From a virus: a stretch of DNA of 64,000 bases. This document shows positions 10,110-20,062 of the stretch, piece after piece. A model generated the notes under the pieces. The model had not been told where the DNA came from, searched no databases, and saw nothing but the letters and a program-made list of their open reading frames with translations. Where the stretch lies: IMG/VR virus record IMGVR_UViG_3300018432_000013, positions 48,927 to 112,926 of that record. The stretch is one strand, 5' to 3'. Numbering within the stretch: the first letter of the stretch is position 1; every line of letters starts with the position of its first letter. The translations under genes and the position numbers were made by a program.

Positions 10110-10159
10110 AAAAAAAAGAGAGGGCGATGCGGAGCGCCGACAGCCGCATCACCCTCTCT
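10110..10159 (-). terminator. Intrinsic terminator
   Basis: agagagggcgatgcgg / ccgcatcaccctctct stem followed by T8 on the minus strand. Confidence 0.7.
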
Positions 10160-10229
10160 CCCTCAGGGAAATGAGGCAGGCAAACTCTACCACCTACCAC
10201 CTACCAAGCACCCCGCACCTGAGCCCCCA

Positions 10230-10811
10230 TCAAACCTTCGGCTCGTACGGCTCCCAGCGATCCGTATCGAGCAGCGGTTCGATTTCGATGTGACTCACGG
10301 CCGGAAAGCCTAGCGTCTCCGGCGAGGCCAAGGATCGCACCTCTCCAAGCGGACCGTAGGTTCCGTCTTCAAGCCGCGTGAGCAGAACATGGTCGTTGGG
10401 ATAGGCCCATTCGAGTCTCCGCACCGCCACCACGTCACGCGCCATCAACTCCCGAAGCGTCATGCCTGCCTCCTCTCGATCGAGCTCTGCGATCACCTCT
10501 GCACCCGGCATCACGAAGCGCGGCGCAGCAACGAGCCCAGACTGCGCTCGATACGTCGCAAGCGTGCGAAGGCGCGCAAGCTTCAAACGCGCACGTTCAA
10601 GCTGCTGACGCGCCGCCGCAAGCTCTTCGAGCAGCTCAAGAACATCATCGGCCAGGTCGAGGCGAAAGAAGTCTTCAAGGTCGGTAACCAGGCGCTCCAG
10701 ATCGACCTCGCTGCGGGTGGCAGAGACGGTGATCTCCGGATCGATACGGCTATACGCGTAGCGCGCCGCCTCCGCGCGCTGCCGCAAAGCAACCAGTAGG
10801 CTCTGCTTCAT
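10230..10811 (-). CDS. Hypothetical protein
   Basis: 193-aa ORF with coiled coil. Confidence 0.6.
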   Translation of the reverse strand: MKQSLLVALRQRAEAARYAYSRIDPEITVSATRSEVDLERLVTDLEDFFRLDLADDVLELLEELAAARQQLERARLKLARLRTLATYRAQSGLVAAPRFVMPGAEVIAELDREEAGMTLRELMARDVVAVRRLEWAYPNDHVLLTRLEDGTYGPLGEVRSLASPETLGFPAVSHIEIEPLLDTDRWEPYEPKV

Positions 10812-11074
10812 CAGCCCTCCTGCCTGGCCTGCCGCATCCTGCGCAGCTCCTGCACGGCCTCATCCGCGGCATCCTGGGCGCCGTACGCCGCGAGCGACGT
10901 CGCTGCCTCCGACTCACCGCCCCGCTGCTCACGATACTTGAGCTTGAGCGCCACGAACGCAGTCGCGTACGCGCATTCCCAGACTCGTTCCTCGTTGTCG
11001 CACCGCAACTCGGGCAGCATGCGAAAGGTTAGTGCCCGATCTCGTTCCGAGTCGGCTCTTGCTTTCCAAAGCAC
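10811..11074 (-). CDS. Hypothetical protein
   Basis: Coupled ORF. Confidence 0.55.
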   Translation of the reverse strand: MLWKARADSERDRALTFRMLPELRCDNEERVWECAYATAFVALKLKYREQRGGESEAATSLAAYGAQDAADEAVQELRRMRQARQEG

Positions 11075-11077
11075 CGT

Positions 11078-11755
11078 TCAGCCGCGGATGTCGATCACCC
11101 GACTTGCCTTGTTTTGCAGGCTCAAACGCTCACGCGCCGGCCCTGTCTCGATCGCCTCCATTTGGGGACGTTCACTGCGGTGCCGCTCCGTCTCACTCTG
11201 CACGGCTTTGATGTACCGGCTAAGCCGGGTGCGCACATCAGGGTGGTGGGTGATCTGCTCATTCTCGAGCGCCGACTCCGGCAAGAACGTCACGAGCTTG
11301 CTGTCGGTCGGGTCGGTGACCGCGAGCGCCACGCGCCCAAAGAAGTGCACAGCCCAAACGTGTCCATTGTCACGCGCGAACAGGAACTCTGCCCGGCCGT
11401 AGCTAATCAAGCCCATCACATGCTGCAGGGTCCGATAGGCTATCGACTCGCTCACGTGATGGCGCTCGACAAGCATCTGGTAGGCGTGCGCGGTGAACCA
11501 GGTCCGCTCCTGCGGCGCGTGATCGGCAAAGTTATAGCGCCCGACCTGGAAACCTTCCGGAATCTTCACCACCCCCGTCGCAGACGGCGACGCAGGTGCA
11601 GCAGCTACCTCCACCACCGCAACCGGCGCGGTCACCGCGCTCGCCGTCACCGCAGGCGCGGCCGCCACAGACGCGCTCTTCAACAACAGACGTTCAGCCA
11701 CTTTGCCGGCCTGAACCAACAATCCGAGCAGCTCGCGCGTATCGTCATCGAGCAT
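11078..11755 (-). CDS. Hypothetical protein
   Basis: 225-aa ORF with GGGAGG RBS. Confidence 0.65.
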   Translation of the reverse strand: MLDDDTRELLGLLVQAGKVAERLLLKSASVAAAPAVTASAVTAPVAVVEVAAAPASPSATGVVKIPEGFQVGRYNFADHAPQERTWFTAHAYQMLVERHHVSESIAYRTLQHVMGLISYGRAEFLFARDNGHVWAVHFFGRVALAVTDPTDSKLVTFLPESALENEQITHHPDVRTRLSRYIKAVQSETERHRSERPQMEAIETGPARERLSLQNKASRVIDIRG

Positions 11756-11834
11756 CGGCGCCTCCCTCTTCTTTCACGCACTAGCCTGCGACAGGCTTGC
11801 GCCAGAGCTCAATAGAAGAGCGCCCTACCTACCC

Positions 11835-12203
11835 TCAGCGCCCTTCCGCTTCCCGCGAAGCCGCCTCGTACACGAGCTCAAGCACCACGTCCGCCTTCAG
11901 CCCGAGCACGTGCGAGACCCCAAACACGTGCGCCAGGAGCCGCTCGCGCTCCGCAGCATCAGGCGCGAGCGCCTTCGCCCGCTCCCACACCCCGTCGACG
12001 ATGCGCGGGCCGTGTCCGAGCTCGTAGAAGCGCTTGGGCGGCTTCGGTTCGTCGAGCGCTGCGAACACAGCGTCGATAAGGCGGCCCCAGTACTCCTGCA
12101 CGGGCTCGCCAAGGGGCTGATCGGCCACGTAGGCGGGGTAGGTCCGCGCAGCCCTCTCCGCGGCCGCACAGGCCCGCTCACGCTGCGCGGCCGGAAACTT
12201 CAC
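11835..12203 (-). CDS. Hypothetical protein
   Basis: 122-aa ORF with AGGAG RBS. Confidence 0.55.
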   Translation of the reverse strand: MKFPAAQRERACAAAERAARTYPAYVADQPLGEPVQEYWGRLIDAVFAALDEPKPPKRFYELGHGPRIVDGVWERAKALAPDAAERERLLAHVFGVSHVLGLKADVVLELVYEAASREAEGR

Positions 12204-12533
12204 GACTTCTCCTGCGTCTGTGCCAACGAAACGAGCATGCCAGCAATCCGCAGAGGCCTACAAGATGCGGCACCCATGCCGGCACCCAGCCAAACGCCCA
12301 CGCAAACAGCGACGTCCAGGCGACGTACGAGCCAACGCGGATGGCTCGATCAAGCACGATGCCCGGTCTCCTTCCGGATGAGCGCAGCAAGCACCCGAGC
12401 GCGCGCTTCTGCCTCTTCATCGGTTGCGAACGGGCCGTACTCCGCCGAGCGCTCACCGTTGATGTCCACAATGACAAACACCTGCGAGCCACGCCGCTCA
12501 AACCCGGTCTGCACCCGCAGCCGGATGACCCCT

Positions 12534-13466
12534 TCATTCATGCGGCCGCTCCTTTCCAAAGCCGAGCTTCGTGGGCCGTACGACCTGCGGCCCCTCGCCG
12601 CGATAGAACGGCAAGATCCAGCGCTCGCGATGCTGGCTCCACTTCGGGCCGTACGCCTGGTTGCGCCAGTGGCCGCGCACGAGCACCTGCACGTTCTGCG
12701 GTCCCCGTGTCGTCTCGCCGCGCACGAAGTCTCGCACCGATGCCCGGCAGTCGATGCGGAGCGGATGCCCGAGCTGCGCTGTGTTGGGTCGCATGGCGCC
12801 GTGCTTCTCCCGACCGGCACGAAGCGGAAAGGCATCGCGCTTCTCAGAGCGCGCACCAGCAATCGCGAGCACGACCCCTGCAACCAAGCGCGTGATCATC
12901 GCCCAGAGCCGCTGCTCTTGATCGCCGCTGTAGAGCGACTCGAGCTCGGGTGTCAGGTTGACGTGATCAAGCCCTTGCCCAACACGCGCCTGCTCTTCTG
13001 CGCTGAACATCCCGACCAAACTCTCGAACGTGTTGACACCCCACGACTGACCGTCGAGATACCCGAAGCTCAACGTGTGATGCTGGTACTTCCCAATGCG
13101 TGTCGCATACGCGGGGATCTTGGTGACGAACACGCGCGTCACTTCGCCGTGCGACGAATAGAGCACCTTCGGCGGCACGCAAATCTCGAACGCAGGCCAA
13201 GGAAGATCCTGCCCTTCGAGCGCGCCGTGCACGTCTGACGCCATCAACGCGGCTGCGTACGTATCCGGCATGACGACGCTCTGCGCACCCCAGACCGCCC
13301 ACTGCTGCATCAACATCAGCGTGTTGCGATCAACCGCCTGGGACGTCACCTGGTAAGCCTCGTAGAAGTTGTCCTCGGACGCAGCCAACCAGTGGGCGAA
13401 CTTGAGAAAGTTCGGGCGCGTCACCTGCGCGACAGAAACCTGTTCAGCGTGCAGCACGCGACTCAT
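12534..13466 (-). CDS. Conserved phage hypothetical protein (VRGHWRNQ-motif family)
   Basis: C-terminal VRGHWRNQAYGP...RWILPFYRG motif; start taken at MSRVLH. Confidence 0.65.
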   Translation of the reverse strand: MSRVLHAEQVSVAQVTRPNFLKFAHWLAASEDNFYEAYQVTSQAVDRNTLMLMQQWAVWGAQSVVMPDTYAAALMASDVHGALEGQDLPWPAFEICVPPKVLYSSHGEVTRVFVTKIPAYATRIGKYQHHTLSFGYLDGQSWGVNTFESLVGMFSAEEQARVGQGLDHVNLTPELESLYSGDQEQRLWAMITRLVAGVVLAIAGARSEKRDAFPLRAGREKHGAMRPNTAQLGHPLRIDCRASVRDFVRGETTRGPQNVQVLVRGHWRNQAYGPKWSQHRERWILPFYRGEGPQVVRPTKLGFGKERPHE

Positions 13467-13764
13467 CCCTGAAAGCCGCGCAACGGCGTCGCAGCATCCG
13501 CCTCGCAATGACAAGTGCGCAGCGACTCACCGAGGTTTTCAAAGAAATCGGCGGCAAGCAGCTCTGCCTCGAGAAACATCGCCTGGCCGCGCGACATGAT
13601 CCGGGTGGTCCCATAGTTACCGGAGTCGGTAGAAACTTCAAACCACGGCTCGTCCTTCACGAGGTACACGCGGATGGAAATCCCCGCGAGCACGTCGAGC
13701 GTCCAGAACGGTTCCTCACTAGGCTCAAACGGATCGCAACGCACCCACTTCTCTCCGATGATCT

Positions 13765-14103
13765 TCATGATGAGCGCCCCTTTTTCCAGGCTTCGATGTG
13801 CGCTCGACGCGCGGCCTTCTCTGCAGCCGTTGGCGGCTTCCATTTCCCGCAATCACACGCGACCAACTGCTCTGGATCTTGACCGAATGTTGCGATGCCA
13901 GCACGGCTCGTTCCACTGCCGTGCGCAAGCGTCACCGTAACGAGATCGAGCTCCACCACGTGCGCGTAGTCGATGATGCAGTAGTGAAACTCCGGATCCT
14001 CTGTGGAGCGCCAGCACCTGTAAGCCGGATACTTGCGCGCAACAGTCTTCACTGCCTCCGGGTACGCTGCGATCTCCACTTCCCACTCGCTGTCGTCCGT
14101 CAC
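13765..14103 (-). CDS. Hypothetical protein
   Basis: 112-aa ORF with GGAGG RBS. Confidence 0.55.
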   Translation of the reverse strand: MTDDSEWEVEIAAYPEAVKTVARKYPAYRCWRSTEDPEFHYCIIDYAHVVELDLVTVTLAHGSGTSRAGIATFGQDPEQLVACDCGKWKPPTAAEKAARRAHIEAWKKGRSS

Positions 14104-14130
14104 AGTCGCCTCCCCGGGTGAGCTCAGCGT

Positions 14131-14571
14131 TTATAACGACTCCGGATCTCGCGGCAAACCAGCAGCAAACTCCTGGATCGCGCGCAGCAGGTTCTCCGCA
14201 GACACCGCGCGCTTCTCCATCGCGACCAGCTTCCGCCGCAACGTCGCATTCTCCAGCGCGTCGGGTGCGTCAAGCCTGGACCGGCGCTCCCCAGGGACGA
14301 TCCCCATTTGGTGCTCAAGTGCGCCTGAAAGCTGGCGCAGCACATGAACCGCGTGCTTGAGCGATGCGAGCTGCGCGTCCTCAAGCGAAGGCTGGCTCAT
14401 CGAGCACGTCGTCGACGCCTCGGTCGCCTGTTTGCCGAACCAAAGCTCGACGCGATGCGTCGTCTCACGCCCCGAGATCGCCCCCGGGTACTCGTACAGC
14501 TCAAGCCGCACGAGGTTGCCGTATCGGTAGACCCAGCGCTGCTCCGGGCCATCCTGCTTCATCCACGCCAT
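14131..14571 (-). CDS. Hypothetical protein
   Basis: 146-aa ORF. Confidence 0.55.
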   Translation of the reverse strand: MAWMKQDGPEQRWVYRYGNLVRLELYEYPGAISGRETTHRVELWFGKQATEASTTCSMSQPSLEDAQLASLKHAVHVLRQLSGALEHQMGIVPGERRSRLDAPDALENATLRRKLVAMEKRAVSAENLLRAIQEFAAGLPRDPESL

Positions 14572-14778
14572 GCTCAGCGCACCTTCGTGGCTTGGTCGAT
14601 CAGCCCGTGAAACGTGCCTGCGCAGAGCGGGCAGAGGTCCACGGTGGGCAGCACACCCGGCGCAAACAAACCCTCAACCAGCGCCTTCAGCTCGACACGC
14701 ACCACGGCGGACGCGTCGCCCGAGAGCACATGCGCGCACGGCCGCACGCCTAGATTCGAAGGCTTGGTCATGGATCCT

Positions 14779-15402
14779 TCAGCCTTTCGTATCAGAGAAG
14801 CGCGCAACATCGTCCTCAGTCAGGAGCGACGCCCACAGCTCATCCACATTGAGCATCAACCCGATCAAAACCTCGGTGATGCCCTGCTCCATGCTCGGCC
14901 GGATGAACCACGCCGAGGTCTTCAACCGAACGTGCTGTCGAACGACTCGGTTCTCCGGATCGACCACGAGATACTCCACGAGCGAGGGAATGGTCGCGTA
15001 GGCGTTGAGCTTGGGGCCGAGGTCCACCGCACGCGTCGAGGGCGAGAGCACTTCCGCAATGAAGGTCGGATTCAGGATCGTCTTGGGTGCTTTTTTGTCA
15101 GCAGGGTCCAGCTCGATTTTGCCGCAGACGATGCTGAAGTCTGCGTAGTAGCAGTCACCGCTCGGCACGCGAATCCGGAGGTTACTGTCAAAAGGGCGGC
15201 AGGTCTTTTTGCCGCGTAGCTGCGAAGCGAGCTGCACGGTGAGGTTCGCAATGAGCCCTGAGTGATCCACGCTCCCGCCTGTCATCGCGTACGCGACACC
15301 ATCGACAAACTCGAACCGCGTGTGCTCCGACTCCTGGTCCAGCTCCAGGTATTCCTCGAAGGTCATGCGCTTATAAGCCGGTACGTTCATCAGTGACTCC
15401 AA
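14779..15402 (-). CDS. Uma2 family (restriction-like) endonuclease
   Basis: MTFEEYL...FEFVDG...MTGGS..H...YYAD...NPTFIAEVLSPST...K..AY..IPSLVEYLVVD. Confidence 0.9.
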   Translation of the reverse strand: MESLMNVPAYKRMTFEEYLELDQESEHTRFEFVDGVAYAMTGGSVDHSGLIANLTVQLASQLRGKKTCRPFDSNLRIRVPSGDCYYADFSIVCGKIELDPADKKAPKTILNPTFIAEVLSPSTRAVDLGPKLNAYATIPSLVEYLVVDPENRVVRQHVRLKTSAWFIRPSMEQGITEVLIGLMLNVDELWASLLTEDDVARFSDTKG

Positions 15403-15935
15403 AGGTGCGCGAGCTCCAGCACGACTTGCTCGAACGGCCAGAGCCGGCCGCCGTCGTCACCACCCATCGTCTCGCGCCAGACGTACTGGCCATTTTCGAG
15501 CGCGTACACCTCGACCACGCGCTCCACCGGATCGACCTCCCAGAGCGCGCCGATGCCGTTGCGCAAGTACTTCGCGCGCTTGTCGTCGGAGTCGTATTTG
15601 CGCGTCGAGGGCGAGAGCACTTCGCAGACCCAGTCCGGCGCGACCTTGTAGCCGGCGACCTCGAGCCCCTCCGTCGCGCGCTCCACGCGCCAGCCCGAGA
15701 TATCTGGCGTGAGCACGTCACCACCAAGGTGCAGCTCGACCTCCGGCAGAAAAACCCAGCCCATTTCCCGCGCCGCCGCGTCGAGCCGGCTGAACAACCT
15801 GCCTGCGGCGAGCTGGTGGTTTCCACGCGGCCGCGCCTGCAAATAGAGCCGCCCGTCCAAGAGCTCGGCGCGCATGTTTTCCGGCGCGTCCAATACGTCT
15901 TGGTAGGTGGCGTTGAGCTTGGCGGGCGTGAGCAT
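15390..15935 (-). CDS. Uma2 family endonuclease
   Basis: ATYQDVLDAPE...AELLDG...PDISGWR...APDWVCEVLSPST...KRAKY...WEVDP. Confidence 0.9.
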   Translation of the reverse strand: MLTPAKLNATYQDVLDAPENMRAELLDGRLYLQARPRGNHQLAAGRLFSRLDAAAREMGWVFLPEVELHLGGDVLTPDISGWRVERATEGLEVAGYKVAPDWVCEVLSPSTRKYDSDDKRAKYLRNGIGALWEVDPVERVVEVYALENGQYVWRETMGGDDGGRLWPFEQVVLELAHLWSH

Positions 15936-16501
15936 CAGAGCTCCTCAAGGTTATGCACGTCCTGAAACAGCAGCGTGACGTCAATCTGTGCGCCCAACCC
16001 GAGCGTGATGGTGGCTTCGCGCAGCGAAGCGTGCCCCCACCCAACCTCCGTGCGCCAAAAGCGCTCGAACAAACCGTGCCGCGGGTCGACGAGCAGGTAC
16101 TCCGCGAGAGACGGGATGGACTTGTAGTGTTCGAACTTCTCGCCCCGGTCGTAGTCCTCCGTGCTTGGGCTCAGCACCTCGGCGATCAGCACCGGGTTGA
16201 GCACCGTGTTGGTGGCCTTCGGGTGATACTCGACAGGCGCACAAACCACGGTCACATCCGGATACGTGATGAGCCCGCTCGGCGTCGCGATGCGCAGGTC
16301 TGAAGTGTGCGCGCCGCACCGCTTGCCACGAAGCTGCGGACCGAGCTGCGTAATCAGGGCTGCTGCGCCTGCCGCGTGCTCACGCGTTCCGCCCGTCATC
16401 GCGTAGACGGTGCCGTAGAGCCACTCGTGCTTTTCACGGCTCTGCTCCTCGAAGGCGATGTATTCGTCCAGCGTGAATCGCGTGTGTGCGGGCGTGAGCA
16501 T
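15935..16501 (-). CDS. Uma2 family endonuclease
   Basis: KHEWLYG..YAMTGGT..H...YPDVTVVC...NPVLIAEVLSPSTEDYDRGEKFEHYKSIPSL. Confidence 0.92.
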   Translation of the reverse strand: MLTPAHTRFTLDEYIAFEEQSREKHEWLYGTVYAMTGGTREHAAGAAALITQLGPQLRGKRCGAHTSDLRIATPSGLITYPDVTVVCAPVEYHPKATNTVLNPVLIAEVLSPSTEDYDRGEKFEHYKSIPSLAEYLLVDPRHGLFERFWRTEVGWGHASLREATITLGLGAQIDVTLLFQDVHNLEEL

Positions 16502-16561
16502 CAGGACTCCTAACGTGGCTTGGTTTCTGCGAGGCGCCGGCAGGCGCCGAGGGTGGGGTGT

Positions 16562-17014
16562 TCAGGAGACCGCGCGCAGCGCATCGCGAATGAGCTTATC
16601 GAGTCGTACCGAAAGAGCGTCCGCGAGGGCAAGCGCATAGGGGAGGGTGGGGGTTGCACCGTTCTCGATGGCGCAGATTCCCTCCTTGCCGCGATAGCCG
16701 GAGCGCAGCGCGAGCTCCGCTTGGCTGAGCCCGAGCTCTAGCCGGCGCTCCTTCACCAGCTTGGCGAACGCCAGGGCGAAGTCCCGTCCAATCCGCGGAG
16801 GCGTCTTCTGGCCTGGTGGACGACCACGGCCACGCTTGCTTGCTGGGAGCTGGGGCACGGGGAGAGCGACCTCTGGGGAGCGGGGAGCGGGGAAGTGGGG
16901 AGCGGGGGAGTCAGGCAGGCGGAAGCGCTGCCTTCGCTTTGATGCATTCAGGGCACTTGTGGCGATAACCGAACACCTGATTGCCGTACGTGCGCCACCC
17001 CTCTGCTTTTGCAC
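16562..17014 (-). CDS. XRE-family HTH regulator with AT-hook; true start probably near 16858
   Basis: VKERRLELGLSQAELALRSG...ICAIENG..PTL; RGRGRPP. Confidence 0.8.
   Translation of the reverse strand: MQKQRGGARTAIRCSVIATSALNASKRRQRFRLPDSPAPHFPAPRSPEVALPVPQLPASKRGRGRPPGQKTPPRIGRDFALAFAKLVKERRLELGLSQAELALRSGYRGKEGICAIENGATPTLPYALALADALSVRLDKLIRDALRAVS
16874..16910 (+). repeat. G-run repeat (G4-N3-G4-N3-G4-N4-G4-N3-G5), G-quadruplex-capable
   Basis: tggggagcggggagcggggaagtggggagcgggggag. Confidence 0.6.
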
Positions 17015-17123
17015 GCTCTAGTGCAATCGCGGGCGTCTCACTGTCGTACGCCGCCGCGAACATGCAGCGCGGACTGAAGGCGTCACATCGCACCTCGAAC
17101 ACCTCGCATGTCTTGACGCTCAT
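16911..17123 (-). CDS. Small Cys-containing (Zn-binding) hypothetical protein
   Basis: VRCD....C ... GW ... HKCPEC. Confidence 0.6.
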   Translation of the reverse strand: MSVKTCEVFEVRCDAFSPRCMFAAAYDSETPAIALERAKAEGWRTYGNQVFGYRHKCPECIKAKAALPPA

Positions 17124-17526
17124 AGGAACAGCTCCTCAAGGGACCGCTGCTTATCCGATAGCACAAGAGCTGCAGATTTTTCTAACAAAAGTGCAGCCCT
17201 TATTTTTTGATACAGGTGATAGCAAATTTTGCGTAGACAGGCGCTGGGGTGGGCCCCCTACGGGGGCCTCAGCGGCCCCGAAAACGAGGGCGAGATGTAG
17301 GTGGAGGGGGTTGCCTACCTGTGCGCGGCCCCCCGCACACACGCTGCCTACACCCTCTCTGTGTCCCGCCTCGCTCGTTTCCGATTCCCCATACTGTAAA
17401 GATACGCGTTAGCGTCCCTCGCGTCAAGCATGCGCACGCTGGCGCCCCTGCTTTTCTCGCTCGCCTGACTCTGCTTTGCGTGTCTCACGTCTAAGTTATC
17501 GGCCACGTGGCGCGAGACTTGAGAGA

Positions 17527-17550
17527 GAAAGAGCAGGGCCCTGCTCTTTC
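17527..17550. repeat. Perfect 24-bp palindrome
   Basis: gaaagagcagggccctgctctttc. Confidence 0.85.
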
Positions 17551-17628
17551 GTATCACGCAAAGGGCGCTTGCCTCCCGTGCTTTTCTCGTATCTACTAAG
17601 AACACCTCAGACACGGGAGCACGAAACC

Positions 17629-18153
17629 ATGGATCTAATCTCGACCACATTCGCACTTCTCTCATTGGCCAGCCTAGCCGTTTATACCCTGGCCTGTACA
17701 TGGGCCCTATTCGCGACCTTCCCGCTAGCTGAGACGCTGGCTGTGGCGCAAGAGAAGGCATTCCGCGGTAGCGCCTCCCGTAGCCTGCTCGCTCCCGTGC
17801 CTGCTCTTCTCTCGGTTGGCCCCCATTCTGAGAAAAGAGCAGATCCGATTGCCGCGCTAGCGCGGCAATCGAGCCTTGCCGCGCTAGCGGCGCTGGCTCC
17901 CAAGTGCGAGCGCCCTAGCGCCCGCACTTCTCTCGGCCTCAGGATGCGCCGCCCACTGTCGGCGCGCCTTCCCGCATGGCTGGCCGATGATTCGGCCAGC
18001 GCCTCAGAGCCAGCCGAACGGGTTATCACCATGGGCCCATGCGTCGCATTGCTCGTTCCGCTTTCTCTTTCTCAGAGGGGCGCTCAGACTCTGAAAAGCA
18101 GCCACGGGAAGCGCCGCAGATCGGCACCTGCAATGCTGAGGCTCGCAGCGTAA
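17629..18153 (+). CDS. Cassette ORF, hypothetical membrane protein
   Basis: ATG preceded by acgggagcac and TTGCCT-17-TCTACT; hydrophobic N-terminus. Confidence 0.5.
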   Translation: MDLISTTFALLSLASLAVYTLACTWALFATFPLAETLAVAQEKAFRGSASRSLLAPVPALLSVGPHSEKRADPIAALARQSSLAALAALAPKCERPSARTSLGLRMRRPLSARLPAWLADDSASASEPAERVITMGPCVALLVPLSLSQRGAQTLKSSHGKRRRSAPAMLRLAA

Positions 18154-18649
18154 GCAGATACGAGAAAGCGAACCTACGCAGCCTTGACGTGCAAACGTCA
18201 AGGCTTTCACGCGTTTATGGTGGAAAGGTCGGCGCGGAGAAAGCGGCCCGCAAGGGCTGCGGTGTAGCTCGGCTGGCGCCTCGCATGGGAAGCACGCCAG
18301 CCAAAGTGCGAAAAAGCGTGTGATTTCGCTAGGCGGAATCGTGCGCTCGGGAAGCGCCAGCGTGCAACGCTCGGGAAGGCCGGGATAGCCGGGCAGTCGC
18401 ACGGGTAGCCGGTCGGCGCTTGCCAGGCTTGCGAGCCTGAGAAGGTCGGGAAGGCATCGGATAGGTGGTCGGCGCTTGCATAGCTCGGGAGGCGGTAGCG
18501 TGGCGCATGGGAGGCGCTAGCTAAGCTTGCCCGGGTAACCTTGGCTCCCATACCGCTAGCGCTAGCCGGGCCCCTCTTTTGAGCCACGGGAAGCGCCAGC
18601 GCCTTCCCGAGCGGCTGAAAGAGAAAAGCACCGATCGCTCTTTTTCGAT

Positions 18650-18676
18650 TCAAGTTAGGCGCGGCAGTGCCGATAA
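18650..18676 (+). promoter_or_regulatory. Sigma28/FliA-type promoter, copy 1
   Basis: TCAA-N15-GCCGATAA. Confidence 0.75.
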
Positions 18677-18709
18677 CTAGGGCAGCAGCCCAGCAAAGGA
18701 ATTCCGAAC

Positions 18710-18904
18710 ATGAAGCGCCGCAATCGGATTGTTTCGTTCCTGCCCACCAGCAGCAGGCATTGTTTTTACCTCGCAGCTACCGGCAGACTCACTCAACTTC
18801 GCTTAGAGGCTCAACTGTTTACGTCGAAAGAGGCACACGAGGCGCAGGCCAGCAGCAAAGATAGATACGGGCCCGGGCAATGGGGCATCGAGGCCGTTGG
18901 CTGA
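18710..18904 (+). CDS. Cassette ORF, hypothetical
   Basis: Lies between promoter copies 1 and 2; AAGGA RBS. Confidence 0.55.
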   Translation: MKRRNRIVSFLPTSSRHCFYLAATGRLTQLRLEAQLFTSKEAHEAQASSKDRYGPGQWGIEAVG

Positions 18905-18931
18905 AATCGAACGGACCTACTCTTTTTCGAT

Positions 18932-18958
18932 TCAAGTTAAGCGCGGCAGTGCCGATAA
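18932..18958 (+). promoter_or_regulatory. Sigma28-type promoter, copy 2 (leaderless transcript)
   Basis: TCAA-N15-GCCGATAA, with ATG 7 nt after the -10 box. Confidence 0.75.
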
Positions 18959-18965
18959 CTAGGGC

Positions 18966-19181
18966 ATGAGCCGAATGGAACAGATTGATGCGCGATGGGA
19001 ACTCATGAGCGACGCGATTCGCGCGCTTCGCAGCTTGGGCGTCTCGCTCGAAACGCGCGAACGCCTCAGCAAGCTCCTCGATGCCGCTTGGACGCATGAG
19101 CGGACACTCGAGTGCGACCGGCTAGTCCGCGCCAGCACCGACAAAGGCGCGCGCGAGATGGTCGCCCGCTGGATCGGCTGA
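18966..19181 (+). CDS. Cassette ORF, hypothetical
   Basis: Fills the interval between promoter repeats. Confidence 0.6.
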   Translation: MSRMEQIDARWELMSDAIRALRSLGVSLETRERLSKLLDAAWTHERTLECDRLVRASTDKGAREMVARWIG

Positions 19182-19208
19182 AATCGAACGGGCCCGCTCT
19201 TTTTCGAT

Positions 19209-19235
19209 TCAAGTTAGGCGCGGCAGTGCCGATAA
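19209..19235 (+). promoter_or_regulatory. Sigma28-type promoter, copy 3
   Basis: TCAA-N15-GCCGATAA, followed by hairpin tgaggcgc..gcgcctca and acgggagcac. Confidence 0.75.
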
Positions 19236-19276
19236 TACTTATGAGGCGCACGCAAGCGCCTCACGGGAGCACGACA

Positions 19277-19699
19277 ATGGTTACCACGCTTGAAAAGATC
19301 GCGGCGCTTGAAACACTCGAGCAACTTCACGCCAGCGGTACGGCTCCCATCTCGCAAGATGCCTTGACGGATCTGATCAATGGCATCCGTGGCGAGCTGC
19401 ATGCCGCAGAAGAGCGCGCCGGATACGATGCCGCGCAATCTGAGCTTGCCGCGTTTCAAGCGGCTCACATCTACATGAGCCGCGGTCTCAAATATGCGGC
19501 CGATTGCGCTTGCTGCGGCGCACACATTGCGCGCGCGCTGAAATACTCGGGAGGCCTCCCGGCGTACTGGCGCAAGTCAGACAAAGCGATCGTTTGCGTC
19601 GATTGCTACAGCGCCAGCGAGTTGAGCCAGCGGGCCGTTGCGTACGGCTGGGCGAGCAAGCTTGACGGGAGCCGCATCTTGCGCGATTGCGAGAAATAA
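19277..19699 (+). CDS. Cassette ORF with zinc finger
   Basis: CACCG...CVDC; ATG after acgggagcac. Confidence 0.65.
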   Translation: MVTTLEKIAALETLEQLHASGTAPISQDALTDLINGIRGELHAAEERAGYDAAQSELAAFQAAHIYMSRGLKYAADCACCGAHIARALKYSGGLPAYWRKSDKAIVCVDCYSASELSQRAVAYGWASKLDGSRILRDCEK

Positions 19700-19721
19700 C
19701 CGGGCCCGCTCTTTTTTCGAT

Positions 19722-19748
19722 TCAAGTTAGCGCGGCAAGCGCCGATAA
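19722..19748 (+). promoter_or_regulatory. Sigma28-type promoter, copy 4
   Basis: TCAA-N15-GCCGATAA. Confidence 0.75.
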
Positions 19749-19791
19749 CAATGGTGAGGCGCAAGCAAGCGCCCGAACGGGAGCACGGGAA

Positions 19792-19962
19792 ATGACTTTT
19801 GACGAGTGCGACGGCGCCACGGTTACGCGGAAGCAAGCTCTCCGGGAGATCAAGCGCCACGCTTACAAGGCGCTTGACGAAATGATTGCCGAGTTCGACG
19901 CCGAGGTAGGCGTGTGTGAGCAATACGATGCCATGGCTGTCTTGATCTGGCTTGGCTACTGA
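19792..19962 (+). CDS. Cassette ORF, small acidic protein
   Basis: ATG after acgggagcac; ends VLIWLGY. Confidence 0.65.
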   Translation: MTFDECDGATVTRKQALREIKRHAYKALDEMIAEFDAEVGVCEQYDAMAVLIWLGY

Positions 19963-20062
19963 CATGCGCCGATTCGTTGCCGAAACCATCGCGGCAATCG
20001 GCTGGATCCGCTTTCACGTGGCGCACTTAGCCGCATACAAGCGCCAGCGCCGCAACAGAGAC

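Noticed and set aside
17527-17550. Protelomerase (telRL) site
   Set aside because: Shorter than known phage telomere palindromes and no protelomerase in the window
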